From Octopus sinensis (taxonomy: Eukaryota), in contig NC_043007.1 of NCBI RefSeq assembly GCF_006345805.1, forward strand, positions 26,040,001 through 26,104,000: DNA of 64,000 nucleotides, in the 5' to 3' direction. The translations under genes and the position numbers were made by a program. The notes beneath the pieces are model-generated. The model was not told the DNA's origin. It searched no databases and was given only the letters and a program-made list of their open reading frames with translations. Of the stretch, positions 1 to 12,537 are shown piece by piece (position 1 is the stretch's first letter; every line of letters begins with the position of its first letter).

Positions 1-43
1 AAGATGACATTCACTGTGCTGGAAACAACTAATGGCTTTGTCC
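1..43 (+). CDS. Possible 3' end of an upstream exon (KMTFTVLETTNGFV, phase 1 donor)
   Basis: Strong donor CC|GTAAGT at 44-49; only one of three frames is open across 1-43. The acceptor lies outside the window, so it cannot be verified. Confidence 0.3.
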
Positions 44-392
44 GTAAGTTGAAAGCAACGCAAGCAATAACTTGTTATTGAGAACAAGTTCTAAGAGAGC
101 TAAGTATGAGAAAATACTTACGTTCAAGCAGCAGAAGGAGATGATATATATCACACCTAATGAAAAGACATCATTGTTTTCAATCAATCAATACTGTCTA
201 ATCAATATTACAGGCATAGATGAAATAAATGAATTTAATTTTTTTTTTTTAAAAAAGGGAAAAATATCTTGTTTCTTCCACTCTTGAATATACTAATTTA
301 AAGGGCTGATCTGTGGTTATAGTGGGATTGAGAAGGTCTATTGAGGTATAACTTTTTTGCTTTAAAAGTGATTCCCTGTTGACCTTTTGGTT

Positions 393-623
393 GGCGGTGA
401 GCTGGCAGAAACGTTAGCACGCTGGGCGAAATGCTTAGCCATATTTTGTCTGCCATTACATTCTGAGTTCAAATTCCGCCAAGGTTGACTTTGCCTTTCA
501 TCCTTTCGGGGTCGATAAATTAAGTACCAGTTATGCACAGGGGTCAATGTAATCGAATTGGTCTGTTTGTCTGTCCTTGTTTGTCCTCTCTGTGTTTCGC
601 CCCTCGTAGGTAGTAAAGAAATA
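393..623 (+). mobile_element. tRNA-headed SINE family B (tail type i)
   Basis: Head GGCGGTGAGCTGGCAGAAACGTTAG, B box GAGTTCAAATTCC, 3' end TAAAGAAATA; many homologous copies in the window. Confidence 0.9.
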
Positions 624-1402
624 GGTTATAGGGGCACTTGAAAAAAAAAAATTCTTAATATTTTTTACTGTGGGAAAGTTAGCTTAGAGGAGCTTTACCT
701 CTACTATCTCTTTACCCTTCCAACTATACATACAGGAGCTGAACATCAGATTTTATGGGAGCAAGTGATATGCTACTAACAAGGGCCAAATTACCTTTGT
801 TATTGCTTAGAGGAGCCTTGCTTTTACTATCTCTCTCTGCTCATCAGGAATATTAGGAAATTTTGTGCAGGAGAATGATAACCCACAAAAAAAGAACCAA
901 ATTGTTTATTATTACACCATATTAGCTTGAAAAAGCAAAAAAAAAAAAAAAACTCTGAAAAATGGCAGAATGGTCATGGCTGGAATGCTTTTGATCAAAG
1001 ATTTGATCAATCAAACCCAACCTTAGACAAAACATATTTCTCAATATAGTAATGTTGCTGCTACTGCAACAACAACAACAAAAACTACTGCTACTACTAC
1101 TTATAACGATAGTACTTTTAAAGTAATCTTTAAAAGAAATGTTATTTGAAATCCTTATCCAACATCAATAAACAATTTTTTTTATTACTTTTTCTTTTTG
1201 TCTGTAAAAAACTGTCAATAAATCATTGTTGTTGTTGTGGTGATGATGATGGTGACCTTTATAGTTTCTCTAACAAATGATCATTCGAGTTATAAAACAA
1301 TTTTGCTTTCATAACAGCATTTTAATTTTTTTCTTTATAATATTTTCTTACATTGTCAGAAGGTAACATCTGAAGGGAAGAGAGAGAGAGAGAGATATAG
1401 AA

Positions 1403-1433
<31 letters not shown>

Positions 1434-1953
1434 TATATGATTCTCTTTTGGAATGGTAAGGCTCGAAGCAGAAAAGCTATAAATAATAGCATACAAATAT
1501 TGGGTTAAAAGAAAAAAAAAATATCTTGAATAGAAAAAGTTGGAGGCTGCCAGTATACATCTCTTGTAAATATATCATCAGCCCCCTCACCCCCCACGTT
1601 ACTGGTTTGCATTTTATCAATTGAATGATATAAGGTAGTTCTTAAATTGAGAAATTCTAGGCTCCCTTTGAATATTAGTGAATATATATTTTTTGCCCCC
1701 ATTTCCTTTCCTTATTTATGAAGAAACAAAACTATTTGGATTCGTATATATATATATATAATTTTTCTATTTTCACTTGTCTTGGATAAATTTAAAATGT
1801 TTAAAACAATCTTAATTTTATTTAACATGGCAATTTGTTTGTCTCCTTTTCAATCTCCCCTATCTCATGGAAGACTGATGTATAAGACACAGTTAACCCC
1901 TGCTGGATTTGAAATGTTTCTAACATCAGACAAAGCCTCAAACGTTGTTTATG

Positions 1954-2023
<70 letters not shown>

Positions 2024-2354
2024 CCCTCTTCTGAAAAAAAACTAATTGCTTGGGGAGAGACAACTGTCACACTGTGACCATGTCTCCTGCAGCATTTGAA
2101 CAGGCTACTGTAAATAAAGCAACAATGTGCTCAGACTGTCACGCTATATGTCGGAGTGTGCTGTTTGGTTGAAAGACAAAAAAAAAAAAGCAGAGAAAAA
2201 AATAAATAAATAAAAATAAAAAACAAAGCATGGGATATCCAGATCAAACACAAGCATGAATCTTTGATTGATGATGCAGTGAGTGATTCATCAGCTTTTA
2301 TACAAATAAACTCTACTGGATGTTTTTTTTTTTTGTAAATCTAATTTGCATTTC

Positions 2355-2385
<31 letters not shown>

Positions 2386-2955
2386 CACACACACACACAC
2401 ACCCTCTCTTGCTCGGTAGATGTAGTCACTTGTCTTTGACCATACTGGAGCACCACTTTCAAGGGTTTATATTTTCTACTACTTGCTTGATACTTATTTT
2501 ATTGATCTGGGAAGAACTCTTCTCCCTCCCTCCCTTGTGTGTGTGTGTGTGTGTGTATGAACTTTTTGAACCTATCTGAGACTAACCTTTGTAAATTGCC
2601 ATTAGATTTATCAAAGAAATTTTGCTTTCTACATTTACTTATTTATTATAGTTTTGTTCTTGTCTGATTGTTGGTATATGAATTCCTTAAGAAAAATACT
2701 TGTTTTGAATGCTATAAATTTTTTTTTCCATTACAAATCTTTTTATCCTTTCAGTATTTTCAGGAATGTTAACGCTTTAATTAGCAGACATCTTTTTCTT
2801 CTCTGAACAAATATTTCTTTAGAACCAGTATTTCTTTAAATTAACCACTACTATTAAATAACAGATTAAAAAAAAAAAGTAATTGAGGAGGTGAGAGTTT
2901 TTCTCATAGAATTATTTTGATTTGTTACTTAAAACAGTTTTTTTTCTTTCTTCAG

Positions 2956-3001
2956 AAACACACCTACTTGATTTAAAATGGATATTACTCACGGAAACAC
3001 G
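2956..3001 (+). CDS. Exon with probable start codon (ATG 2978; MDITHGNT), host gene unidentified
   Basis: Polypyrimidine acceptor ttttttttctttcttcag| ends at 2955. ATG is in AAAATGG context with an in-frame upstream TGA. Donor ACG|GTACGT at 3002, phase 0. Lies in repeat-poor sequence. Confidence 0.65.
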
Positions 3002-4163
3002 GTACGTAATTTAACATTCTTCACACAATTTGTATAATAATTAGACTTGTCTATGACAAAACTATTTTCTCCATATTTGTATGTTTTTATCAAAGTGTCA
3101 TAACTTCATGGTATTCAACTATATTTTTACGATGTCATTGTAGCTTTATGCTTTCTTTTTAATTTTGAAGATAATTAAGAATTTGGTTGGATTTAGTAAA
3201 ATAATTATGTTTTATATTTATTTCTATATAAAGATGACTACCAAACTAAAAAGTTCTAGCAAAAATCTATAAGGTGTTTTGAATCGAATATAAACACTTT
3301 AAAACAGGTTGGTTTGTATTAAGGAACTAGAGACAGCTCAGGTGTCAAAAAGTATCAAAGTGTGGTATAATTTAAACTCGAATGTTTGGACAGTTGTCTC
3401 TATCTCAAGTGGTTTGCGGATAAAATCTCAACAGTAATTTTATTCTTATTTCGTTATCATTAGCATTGCTGAGGTAAATTTTTGTTGAACAGCTGTTGTC
3501 ACATGCGGGATGGGTTTGGCTGTTGGCTAAGTCTATCTTGAATATCTCACAAAGCCCACACATTTTGGTTAAGGGTATTGTATTATATTATAGTTAATTT
3601 AATTACTTGTCTTGGATTTTTCTTAATGGCTTAGAGGGAAAAGAACAATGCTTGCAATCCTTTTCAGGATCTCTGAGACTGGTGGGAGGAAAAAAAGAAT
3701 GGTAGAGCAGCCTGAATTTTTACAAAAGAGTGGACATCATTAACAGAGCAAGAAGGATAAAAAGGAATCTTTACCATATTGAAATTTGAATTGAGAATGT
3801 AAATGGATTTAAAAAGAAATACTGAAAGCAATCTTATAATAATTCTGCTTGTTCCTTCATTACTTAGCCCATTTGTAATGCTTCCACGCGATTAGTTGGA
3901 GCAGGGGAGAAGTGTGATGGGAGAGGAAGGAAGAGGTGGTGGTGAGTGAAATGTGTAATTTTTGTTTTGAACTCAATTTTTCTCCTCGATTACTTGGCCC
4001 GTTTGTAATACCTTCACGTGATTAGTTGAAGGGAAAGGTGAAGGAAAAAGGTGGGAGAAAAAGAGGATAAGGTGAGGAGTGAGAAAGAAAGAGGGACAGT
4101 GCTGTGTATTAAGTCTATAAAATTGTGCATAAAATATTTAAAGTGTATATATATATATATATA

Positions 4164-4395
4164 TCATCATCATCATCGTTTAACGTCCGTTCTCCATGCT
4201 AGCATGGGTTGGACGGTTCGACCGGGGATCTGGGAAGCCAGAAGGCTGCACCAGGCTCCAGTCTTATCTGGCAATGTTTCTACAGCTGGATGCCCTTCCT
4301 AACACCAACCACTCCGTGAGTGTAGTGGGTGCTTTTTACGTGCCACCTGCACAGGTGCCAGGCGAGGCTGGCAACGGCCACGGTCGGATTGGTGT
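4164..4395 (-). mobile_element. RTE-tailed SINE (5' truncated) inserted in (TA)n
   Basis: Reverse complement of the 63155-63510 family; ends in CCAACCCATGCTAGCATGGAGAACGGACGTTAAAC(GAT)n. Confidence 0.85.
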
Positions 4396-5174
4396 ATTTA
4401 TATATATATATATAAAGTGCATTAAGTAATTGGTGTTTTCCAATTTCCTTCACTTTTCAATGATTAGCAGATGAGCAACTATCTTTTGATACAGACACAA
4501 CATGGGCTAGGCTTTCACATTTTGGGGGTAGAGTTTTCAGAAATAACTCACTAAGTTTACCATTAATTCCGTGAAATATTCATGGGTCCCACTAGCATTT
4601 ATAGTTTCAGTTGATCATGTTTCAGAATTCAGAAATTAAGTGTTGTAACAGTTTTTTTTATAGAAGTGCCTGAGGACTCTAACCCCACAGCTCTCCTGAG
4701 AATAGTGGGTGGTGAACATGGATGGATATTTCTAGCTGTTTAATTTAGCATTTGTCCATATTAGTGATAACTGACACAAGTCCACCAACTTTTGGAGGCA
4801 ACTGGAATAGGGAACTGTCAATTGATTTGATTTTCGTAGTTAAGTGAATCCAAGAAGGTTATAGACAAAGTTTACCTTGGGATTTGAACTCACAGTGTAA
4901 ATGGATGGAAATATTTCATAGCATTTTGCTTAATAATAATGATGATTTTTTTTCATTTGCCACAAAGGCAACAGATCGAGGGGGTAGATGTTACTTGAAT
5001 AAATTACAAGAAAAGGTCAGGGCTATGCAGAATTGATTACGTAAAAGGCAAGCATGAAATTATGTGTTTCATACTGAGTACAGCCACTTATGGTCAGTCA
5101 AGGAACCCCACAGTTCCAGGATTACTCTTACTACCAAGTGCCCATTCTAAGCTAAAAACAGCAACTACAATAAT

Positions 5175-5437
5175 AATTCTGTTGTGTCTGGGGAGAGTCA
5201 TTTTCTTTTTGTGCCTTATAATATAACACACTATTATAGTCAAAACTATTGAAAAGGTTGCAAGATGCAACGGAAATTTTAGGAAAATAAAAATAAGAAA
5301 AAAGTGGAAATTTTACCGGTGAGTTTGTTATATAATATAAGGCACAAAAAGAAAATGACTCTCCCCAGACGCAATAGAATATGCCTCAACACACAAACTC
5401 ATATAAAGAATCTTGCAAACCAAATCCAAAAACGAAA
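5175..5437 (+). mobile_element. Foldback element family U, copy 1
   Basis: Inverted arms 5176-5232 and 5322-5380; 9-bp direct repeat tacaataat at 5166-5174 and 5438-5446; homologous to 19600-19854. Confidence 0.85.
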
Positions 5438-6204
5438 TACAATAATGATAGTTACTTTTAATTTAGGTACAAGACTAGTAGTTTTGTGGAAGTGGGTGTG
5501 AGTTGATTATATTGACTTCAGTACTTGAATTGCATCTTATTTTACTGACCCTTTGAAGGATGAAAAGCAAAGCTGACCTTGGCAGGATTTGAACTGAGAA
5601 TGTAAAGAGTTAGTACAGCAACAACAACAACCACAGCAGTAACAACAAGAATAATGTTAATAAAGCACTATCAATTATCAAGGCATGACAGAACAACTAG
5701 TCATCTGACAGATCCGGTTGCATTTCGTAGATTAATAACTTAATGAAATATAATGTAAGAGCTACCATCTTGTCATGCATTTTCTCTTGAGATTATATCT
5801 TAAAAGATTCTTGTTATCAGAATAGCTTGCTATTTCACCAATGATAGTGGAAAGATACGAAAAACAGCATCAGAATTGCTGTTTTTTCTTCTTCGACACT
5901 ATCTGAATCCTAAACCCTCAATCACACAGATACCATGTTTTCTTAACATTTGTGAGTAAAAGTTTGCCAAAATTTCTACATGTTTACATATCTTTATATT
6001 TGTGTGTGTGCGCTGCGTGCGAGTGTGTGTGTGTGTGTACACACTTCCACTGGCAGTCAATTCCTCATTCTGTAAAGTGTTTTGTTTATAATGCCAGTTA
6101 CGAATACTTTGAATACTATGCTGTGCTGTATTGTAGTGTTTGCACAGATATAGCCAGTGCTAGGATAATAATTAAAGTTATCTAGTATCAAAAGGTTGGT
6201 CTAT

Positions 6205-6545
6205 GAGGATGCATGGCCTAATGGTTAGGGTGTTGCATTCAAGATTGCGAGATTGTGGTTTCAATTCCCAGACCGGGTGGTGCATTATGTTCTTAAACAA
6301 AAATACTTCATCTAACCCATGCTAGCATGGAGAACGGACGTTAAACGACGATGATGATGATGATGATGATGATGTGTTGCTCTGTGATCTCTTCAACACT
6401 GGACATGTGGTACACTGTGTACCTGTTCAGGTAGCATTGATTTGATGGAGGGAGTGAGTTAATGTACAGCATATACATTTGATCATTATAAACAAATCAT
6501 TCAGCAAAAGCTGAACACTCAATGGGAGAGTCTATCATATGAGTG
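6205..6545 (+). mobile_element. Old tRNA-headed SINE interrupted by an RTE-type 3' tail insertion (about 6313-6373)
   Basis: A box-like TGGCCTAATGG and B box-like GTTTCAATTCC; internal ACCCATGCTAGCATGGAGAACGGACGTTAAACGAC(GAT)n. Confidence 0.7.
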
Positions 6546-6552
6546 TCTACAT

Positions 6553-6747
6553 TGGTGGTTCTCAGCCATGGCTCCTGGGGCCACATGTGACCCTCAAGCA
6601 TCCTTCTGGCAGCCCCTGATAGTCTTCCTTATATAAGTATAATAAATTTTCTTCAACTAACTTGTGTTTTACTTTCTTTTGGTGTGGACTCCTCCAAAAT
6701 CCAGGTTTTGGATTTGGCTCACTTATTAGAAAGGTTGAGAACCCCTA
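6553..6747. mobile_element. hAT-type MITE
   Basis: TIRs TGGTGGTTCTCAGCC / GGTTGAGAACCCCTA; perfect 8-bp TSD gtctacat (6545-6552, 6748-6755). Confidence 0.85.
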
Positions 6748-8116
6748 GTCTACATAAGTGATTGATCGGCTAGAAATAACAGCTAAATTTCACTTTAATT
6801 TTACCCTATCATTTTTAAGAAAGAGGAAGTGCACATTGTATAATGTGGTTCTATATACACACTATATTTGACTAAAACTTGAGATCATAGAAAATGCTCT
6901 TGATGACAAGTCTGCTCAATGTGGGCTGCTCGTGGCTAAAAAACAACAACGTAACTGTCTGTTGGTGAAACTTGGTGAAGAAACAGAACAGGATTTCAGT
7001 TTCTTTTGTTTACTTTCTTTCAAATTCAGATAATGATGAAAATGATATTGTTCAAGAAACTTTGATAATCAGTACCAATATATTTTCTTTTAAAATAATG
7101 TTCACAAAATTGGATTGCTTAATGTTTCTCTAAGAAGAGAGCTCTAGCATTTTATGTAGGACCCTTAGTCAGAGAGGAAATTTCTTCTATAACAAAAAGC
7201 TCTGCCCTGAACAATATTCTGTTTTTACTCAACTGACTTTAGTTGTTGCTGATCACTACTAATTGTTTAGCCCTAGTTCAACCTTAAGAAAATCTGTGGT
7301 AAAATGTATTCAGCCTTTTTATTCAGTCTTTAAAGGTATTTAAAACTATAGTGTCCTGGGCAAGACAAACAACATCCAATGTCAAGGCTTAAGCTCAGGT
7401 ACCCAGGTATTCTCTGGAGTGTGGAGTTATTCCTTAATCACCATTACTCAGGTGCACTTTGGTCCAGGGTGGTTGTATATGCATCTTTGTTTAAGACAAT
7501 GGGGGTGATCTGAAGGAGATTTGGTTGCTATTTCTAGCATATCAAGTGACCATATAGAGGCTCTCTAGTTGGCTCATTGTGGTTTATAGCAAATATTTAA
7601 ACAACCACTTGTTTCCTAGATTGAGTGTTTACTTTTTTCTTCAATAAATACTTCATAGTTAGATACCCCACTTCTTAGTACAATATTCAATAGTTAAAGC
7701 ATTTGTTGATCAAGTCTATTGGTACGAAGACTATCTTCAAATTTTGAATAGTTAACAAAGTTTTTTTTCCCTCATATTTTATTTGTTATTTAACCCCAGG
7801 TTGGCTCTGGTTGAGCTGCCATGTTCAAAGGCATTCCAGTCATGACCATCATGTCTTTTTTTGTGTATGCATTTAGGCTGGATCTGGCCATTTTGAACAT
7901 AAAACAATATTTGGGCCAGTTTAAATGCTAATGGCTTAGAAGTAATATAAAAAGTATTTACATTCTTCATGCCTTGTTTTATTTTTTTGTCCATGGCATG
8001 ATCCTGGTGTGTTGAAGTGTACTCTGAAGTTATTTGAATGCAGAATATAGAGGAATCAAAGTAAATATTGTTATGCATCAAGTCTGGTACTGTACTGTTT
8101 CACCACTTTATCTTAG

Positions 8117-8169
<53 letters not shown>

Positions 8170-9327
8170 CAAGTAGTAATATATTGACTCATAATCTCAG
8201 ATTTTTTATGGATGGCTTTGATTTTGATTGAATCAACTGCAGTATGTACTTATTACTTCAGTGGGGTTTGAACTCAAGGATGTAGGTGTTTATTTCCATG
8301 CCCTTACATTTTTGCTATTTTTGTTTCCTTGCAAATAGTAGTAATAATAAGTGGTTTTAACATGCCGGAAATGTTAGGATAAGGATTATATTGACTTATA
8401 TCCTTGAGATGATGACGGCAAAGCTGATCTGAAGATTTGAATTCGGAATTTGAGATGTTGCTAAATACTATATTTTGTTCACCACTTTACTAATTTGTCA
8501 ATTATCCACTCTGTTAGTAGAAATAATTATAATTCTTTCTACTAAAGAGGTACAGGACCTAAAATTTTGTGACAGAATTGTTAGTACACCGGGTAAAATG
8601 CTTAATAGCATTTTGTCCATCTTTATTTTTTAAGTTCAAATTCTGCTGAGGTTCACTTTGTCTTTCATTCTTTTGGTGTTAATGAAATAAGTATCAGTTA
8701 TGCACTGGGGTCAAAGTATTCGACTTGCCCCCTCCCCCCAAAGTTTCAGGCCTTGTGCTTATAGTAGAAAGGATTATCTTAGAAACCCTGAAATGATAAC
8801 AAGCAAAGTTATTTGAATAGAAGGATTTGAACTCAGAATGTAAAGAACCAGAAAAAACACTTCTAAGCATTTCTTTCAAACCTAGGCCAGAAATTTTCCC
8901 ATACTAGATGCAAGTAGCCCCGCAGATCCTTCTGCAGGAGCATGTTCTGCCCCACCACATTGTCCCCTAGAATGAAGCTGATCTCACCTCACATCCTCCA
9001 GGGTTCATAAATAACCCTGCGAGCTGCTGATGGCCTCAATAATAATAATAATAATATTATTTTTTAATCTACTTTTTGTAAATGAACAACTCAGCTATTA
9101 AGTCAAAAGACAGAAAAAAATGTAGGTTGAAGTGGATAACTTTATAAGAAGGATATAGAATAGCATTTAATGCAATATACTCTTTCTTAGCACCACCACC
9201 ACTATTATCATCATCATCATCTCTGTTTTTTCCTCGCTAGCATGGGTTGAACATGTTCTACTGTTTTATATTTAAGAGATGAGGTATTTACATTTGACAG
9301 ATATTTGTCCTCATCTTGTTTGTTGTT

Positions 9328-9373
9328 AACACAACATTTCGGCTGATATACCCTCCAGCCTTCATCAGGTGTC
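9328..9373 (-). ncRNA. Minimal type I hammerhead ribozyme motif (near intact)
   Basis: Minus strand reads GACAC-CUGAUGA-A-GGCUG-loop-CAGCC-GAAA-U-GUU-GUGUU. Helix I (GACAC/GUGUU), helix II (GGCUG/CAGCC) and the core are present; helix III is reduced to a near-palindrome. Confidence 0.75.
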
Positions 9374-9412
9374 TTGGGGAAATTTCAAACCCAGGTTCAA
9401 AATTTCCCCAAA

Positions 9413-9458
9413 GACACCTGATGAAGGCTGGAGGGTATATCAGCCGAAACATTGTTTA
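9413..9458 (+). ncRNA. Minimal hammerhead ribozyme motif (damaged copy)
   Basis: GACAC-CTGATGA-A-GGCTG-loop-CAGCC-GAAAC-ATT-GTTT. Core and helix II are intact; there is an apparent G>A at the ACGT palindrome and a shortened 3' helix I strand. Confidence 0.6.
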
Positions 9459-9551
9459 ACAAACAAGATGAGGACAAATATCTGTCAAATGTAAATAATG
9501 TAAATGTTCTACTGTGTCTTCCTTTTGTTGTAGTCTTTAATCAGCTGGTTA

Positions 9552-9891
9552 AGACACATGGCTCAGTGGTTAGAGTGTCAGGCTCATTATCATGAGGCAG
9601 TGAGTTCGATTCCTGGACCGGGCTGTGTGTTGTGTTCTTGATTAAGACACTTTATTTCATGTTACTCCAGTAACACTCAGATGTAGAAATGAGTTGCAAC
9701 ATTACTGGTGCCAAGCTGTATTCGCCTTTACTTTTCCCTTGGACAACATTGGTAACATGAGGAGAGAAGGCTGGTAAGCACGGGCAACTGCTGGTCTTCC
9801 ATAAACAACATTGCCTGGACTTTTGCCTTGGAGGGAAACTTTCTAGGTGCAATCCCATGGTCATTCATGACCGAAGGGGCTCTTTACCCTT
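9552..9891 (+). mobile_element. tRNA-headed SINE (separate family, full length, diverged)
   Basis: A box TGGCTCAGTGG, B box GAGTTCGATTCC, ~340 bp body. Confidence 0.75.
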
Positions 9892-10954
9892 ATCATCTAG
9901 TACACAATAGCAGGAATAGTGATTAAGTTTGTTGTGCATGTCATGTTGGCATGGTTATATATATAGTCTGATGCCTGTCCTAACACTGATACTTGTTTTT
10001 CTAGTAAGGTCTCTACCCCACGACTTTTCATGAACCATTAAACTGTCAATCTTCTGTTTATATAGGACATAAGCATTGTTACACACTACCTTAGTCATGT
10101 CAATGTGAAGGCATGCAGGTACACACACCACACACACACACACACACACATTCTTGACAGGTTCCCATACAGTTTCTGTCTACCAAATTTCACCCAAGAC
10201 ATTGATTGTGCTGAGGCTATAGTAGAAGTTATTCACGGTGTCATGAATCCGAAACCACATGGTTGTGGAGCAGACTTCTTCGCTGTACAGTCATGCCTGC
10301 ACTTGCCTGCATGTATGTACATGCACACACAAAGAAAAATAGAACAAACAAAATCTGAGAAAACTATGGTTAGAAAAAGAAAGTGTTAACAAATGTATTT
10401 AATCCAATCTTTTTTTCTTTTATGCTTGCATAGGTGTATGTATGGCTTATTTGTTTTAAGAAATCACTGAACTAGGAAATAGTAGGAATCTAGTTTTTAT
10501 TCGGTCAAAGTCTGAACTTATGACCAAGTGTTCAATAGTCTAGTATCCATTGCACCCTCATAGCTACTGTATTTTATGGAATAAAAAATACTTTCTGAAT
10601 AAATCAATCTTAGTTTGTTTATGGCATACACAAATAGCTGGACAGAGAAAAATTAGTCTGGAGAAAGTAGTGATGGTTTTTTTTTGTGTTGGCATACAAC
10701 AGTCAATAATTGTCTAAGATAAATTTTAATATTGATCTTTAATATTGATTCCTGATCAGCTAGGCTTTTCATGTTTTCGTGTTTTATTGAAGCCAATAAA
10801 GTAAGTACCTATCAAGTACTGAGGTCGATATAATCAACTGTACTTTTGAATTTGTGTGATGCTCCAACTTGGCTGCAGCCTAGTAATTAATTTTCTATGG
10901 CTTATATTTTTTTGTGAGTGCACTGTTGCACTTCAAAAAGAAAACAAAAAAAAT

Positions 10955-11700
10955 GGTAAATGAGACGTGAGCACTGGATGTGAAGGATGTGTGGAGGCTG
11001 GAAAATGAGGTGAGTCTGCTCCACTGGATGTTAAGTTAAGTTAAGTTAATTTTTTGGTTCAAAAAGCAGAAAGCAAGGCCATGTAGGGGGACATGGAGTT
11101 ATGTACTGGGGTGTTCATGCAAAGAGTTCAGGCCATTTCTGGTCAAGAGAGACTTTGAACCGAGCGGTCGTCGGCATCTTCACTATCTCGTCCGGCAGCT
11201 TATTCCTCGGATCCGCAACCCGGACGGAGAAAGACCCTCTCCTTCAATTGAGATGAAATCGTCACAGATAGTTTTTCGGAGTGACTCCGCAGCCTACGCT
11301 CTGGAGCTGGAGTGAAGAACAGCTCTTTCGAGAGGTTACACTTTCCGCTTATGATGTTGTGAGCAAGAACGAGATCACCACGGCGGCGGCGTTTTTCTAG
11401 AGAATAAAGGTTGAGCGTCTTCAGCCTTTCGTCATAATGATGGAGTGAAAGAAAAACCGGGCATTGAAGAAATAAGTATGCTAGAGAAAATACTGTGTTG
11501 GCAAGGGCATGTGATGCATATGAAAAGTGGTAGTTGAGTAGATGAGTATCAAACAATACAAGTGGAAAGAGTCTACAGAAGAAGAACCTGAAGATAATGC
11601 GGGAAGAAGTGGTGAGGTCTGGCCTTAGGATGCTGGACAGAAGTGATGATGAGGGACCATAGCAAGTGCAAAATACCCATCTAACCCATGCTAGCATGGT
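10955..11700 (+). mobile_element. RTE-clade LINE 3' fragment, interrupted by a CR1-type insertion
   Basis: Left part encodes NET*ALDVKDVWRLE-NEVSLLHWM; right part encodes EKPGI...LCWQGHVMHM...EEVVRSGL and ends in AACCCATGCTAGCATGG. Homologous to 15420-15775. Confidence 0.75.
11030..11445 (-). mobile_element. 5'-truncated CR1/L2-group LINE, ORF2 C-terminus plus 3' UTR
   Basis: YDERLKTLNLYSLEKRRRRGDLVLAHNIISG...RSHSEKL, then frameshifted FSVRVADPRNKLPDEIVK...FKVSLDQKWPELFA. The 3' tail is (TTAAC)4 at 11030-11049. Confidence 0.9.
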
Positions 11701-12492
11701 AAAGTGTGCTTAAAATACTTGTGTCGATAAAAGAATAATCAGTAAATTTATTTGTTAAAAAAATGATTAAAAAATATATCTTAAGAAGGAAAGAATTATG
11801 GTCTTAATATTTCTTGGATTGGTGTTAGTAATATGTTTGGTACTATACATATAGACTCTCTGCTATTTTAAAGTTATGATTTCTGAATTATTATCATTAA
11901 TTTTACACTTGTTATAAAAATAGCCAAAAAATACAATATCTGAGTTATAACTGCAGTGTTGAAAATTGGTATTTGAAATAATAACTGTCTAATATTTAGA
12001 AAACTAAATATATTAATCTAGCATTTAACCATATTGGCAGCACCATATGTCTTGGATAGTTTGCTGTTAGTTTTCTCTTATCTTACTTGTGTTCAGCGTT
12101 ATTTTGATTTATGAATCTTGTATTCTTTCTCAGAGTTAATACTATGGAGCATCTGCTCTGCATACTAATTTTAGTTGGTAAGCAATTGGATATATAAATC
12201 AGTGCATGGGTGTGCTTTAGCAGTGTTTCTGGAATGTTATGTTATGAATGTTTGGTTCTGTTGGGTGGTTGTTTTTACTGTTTAGACTCCCCCACTTCCT
12301 TGATCATCCCTCAGTGACTTATGGAAAAAAAAAAAAGGAATTCCTGCCATCACCATCACTTTTTTTTAAGGGCATGTAGTATCTGTTTTAGAGGGATTTA
12401 TTACTATTTCTCACTGGTCAGGCAACCATGTAAAGGCTCCATTGTTCATTAGTCAGTGGCATTTAATGTGTCTAAATCTGTAGGTATATCTA

Positions 12493-12530
<38 letters not shown>

Positions 12531-12537
<7 letters not shown>

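Larger units (their letters stand above)
9265..9503. mobile_element. Penelope-like foldback element with inverted terminal repeat arms
   Basis: Arms 9285-9385 and 9398-9497; 12-bp direct repeat atgttctactgt at 9253-9264 and 9504-9515; hammerhead cores in both arms. Confidence 0.85.

Noticed and set aside
11200-11697. 165-aa minus-strand ORF as a gene
   Set aside because: Chimera of antisense RTE sequence and a truncated, frameshifted CR1-type ORF2 end.
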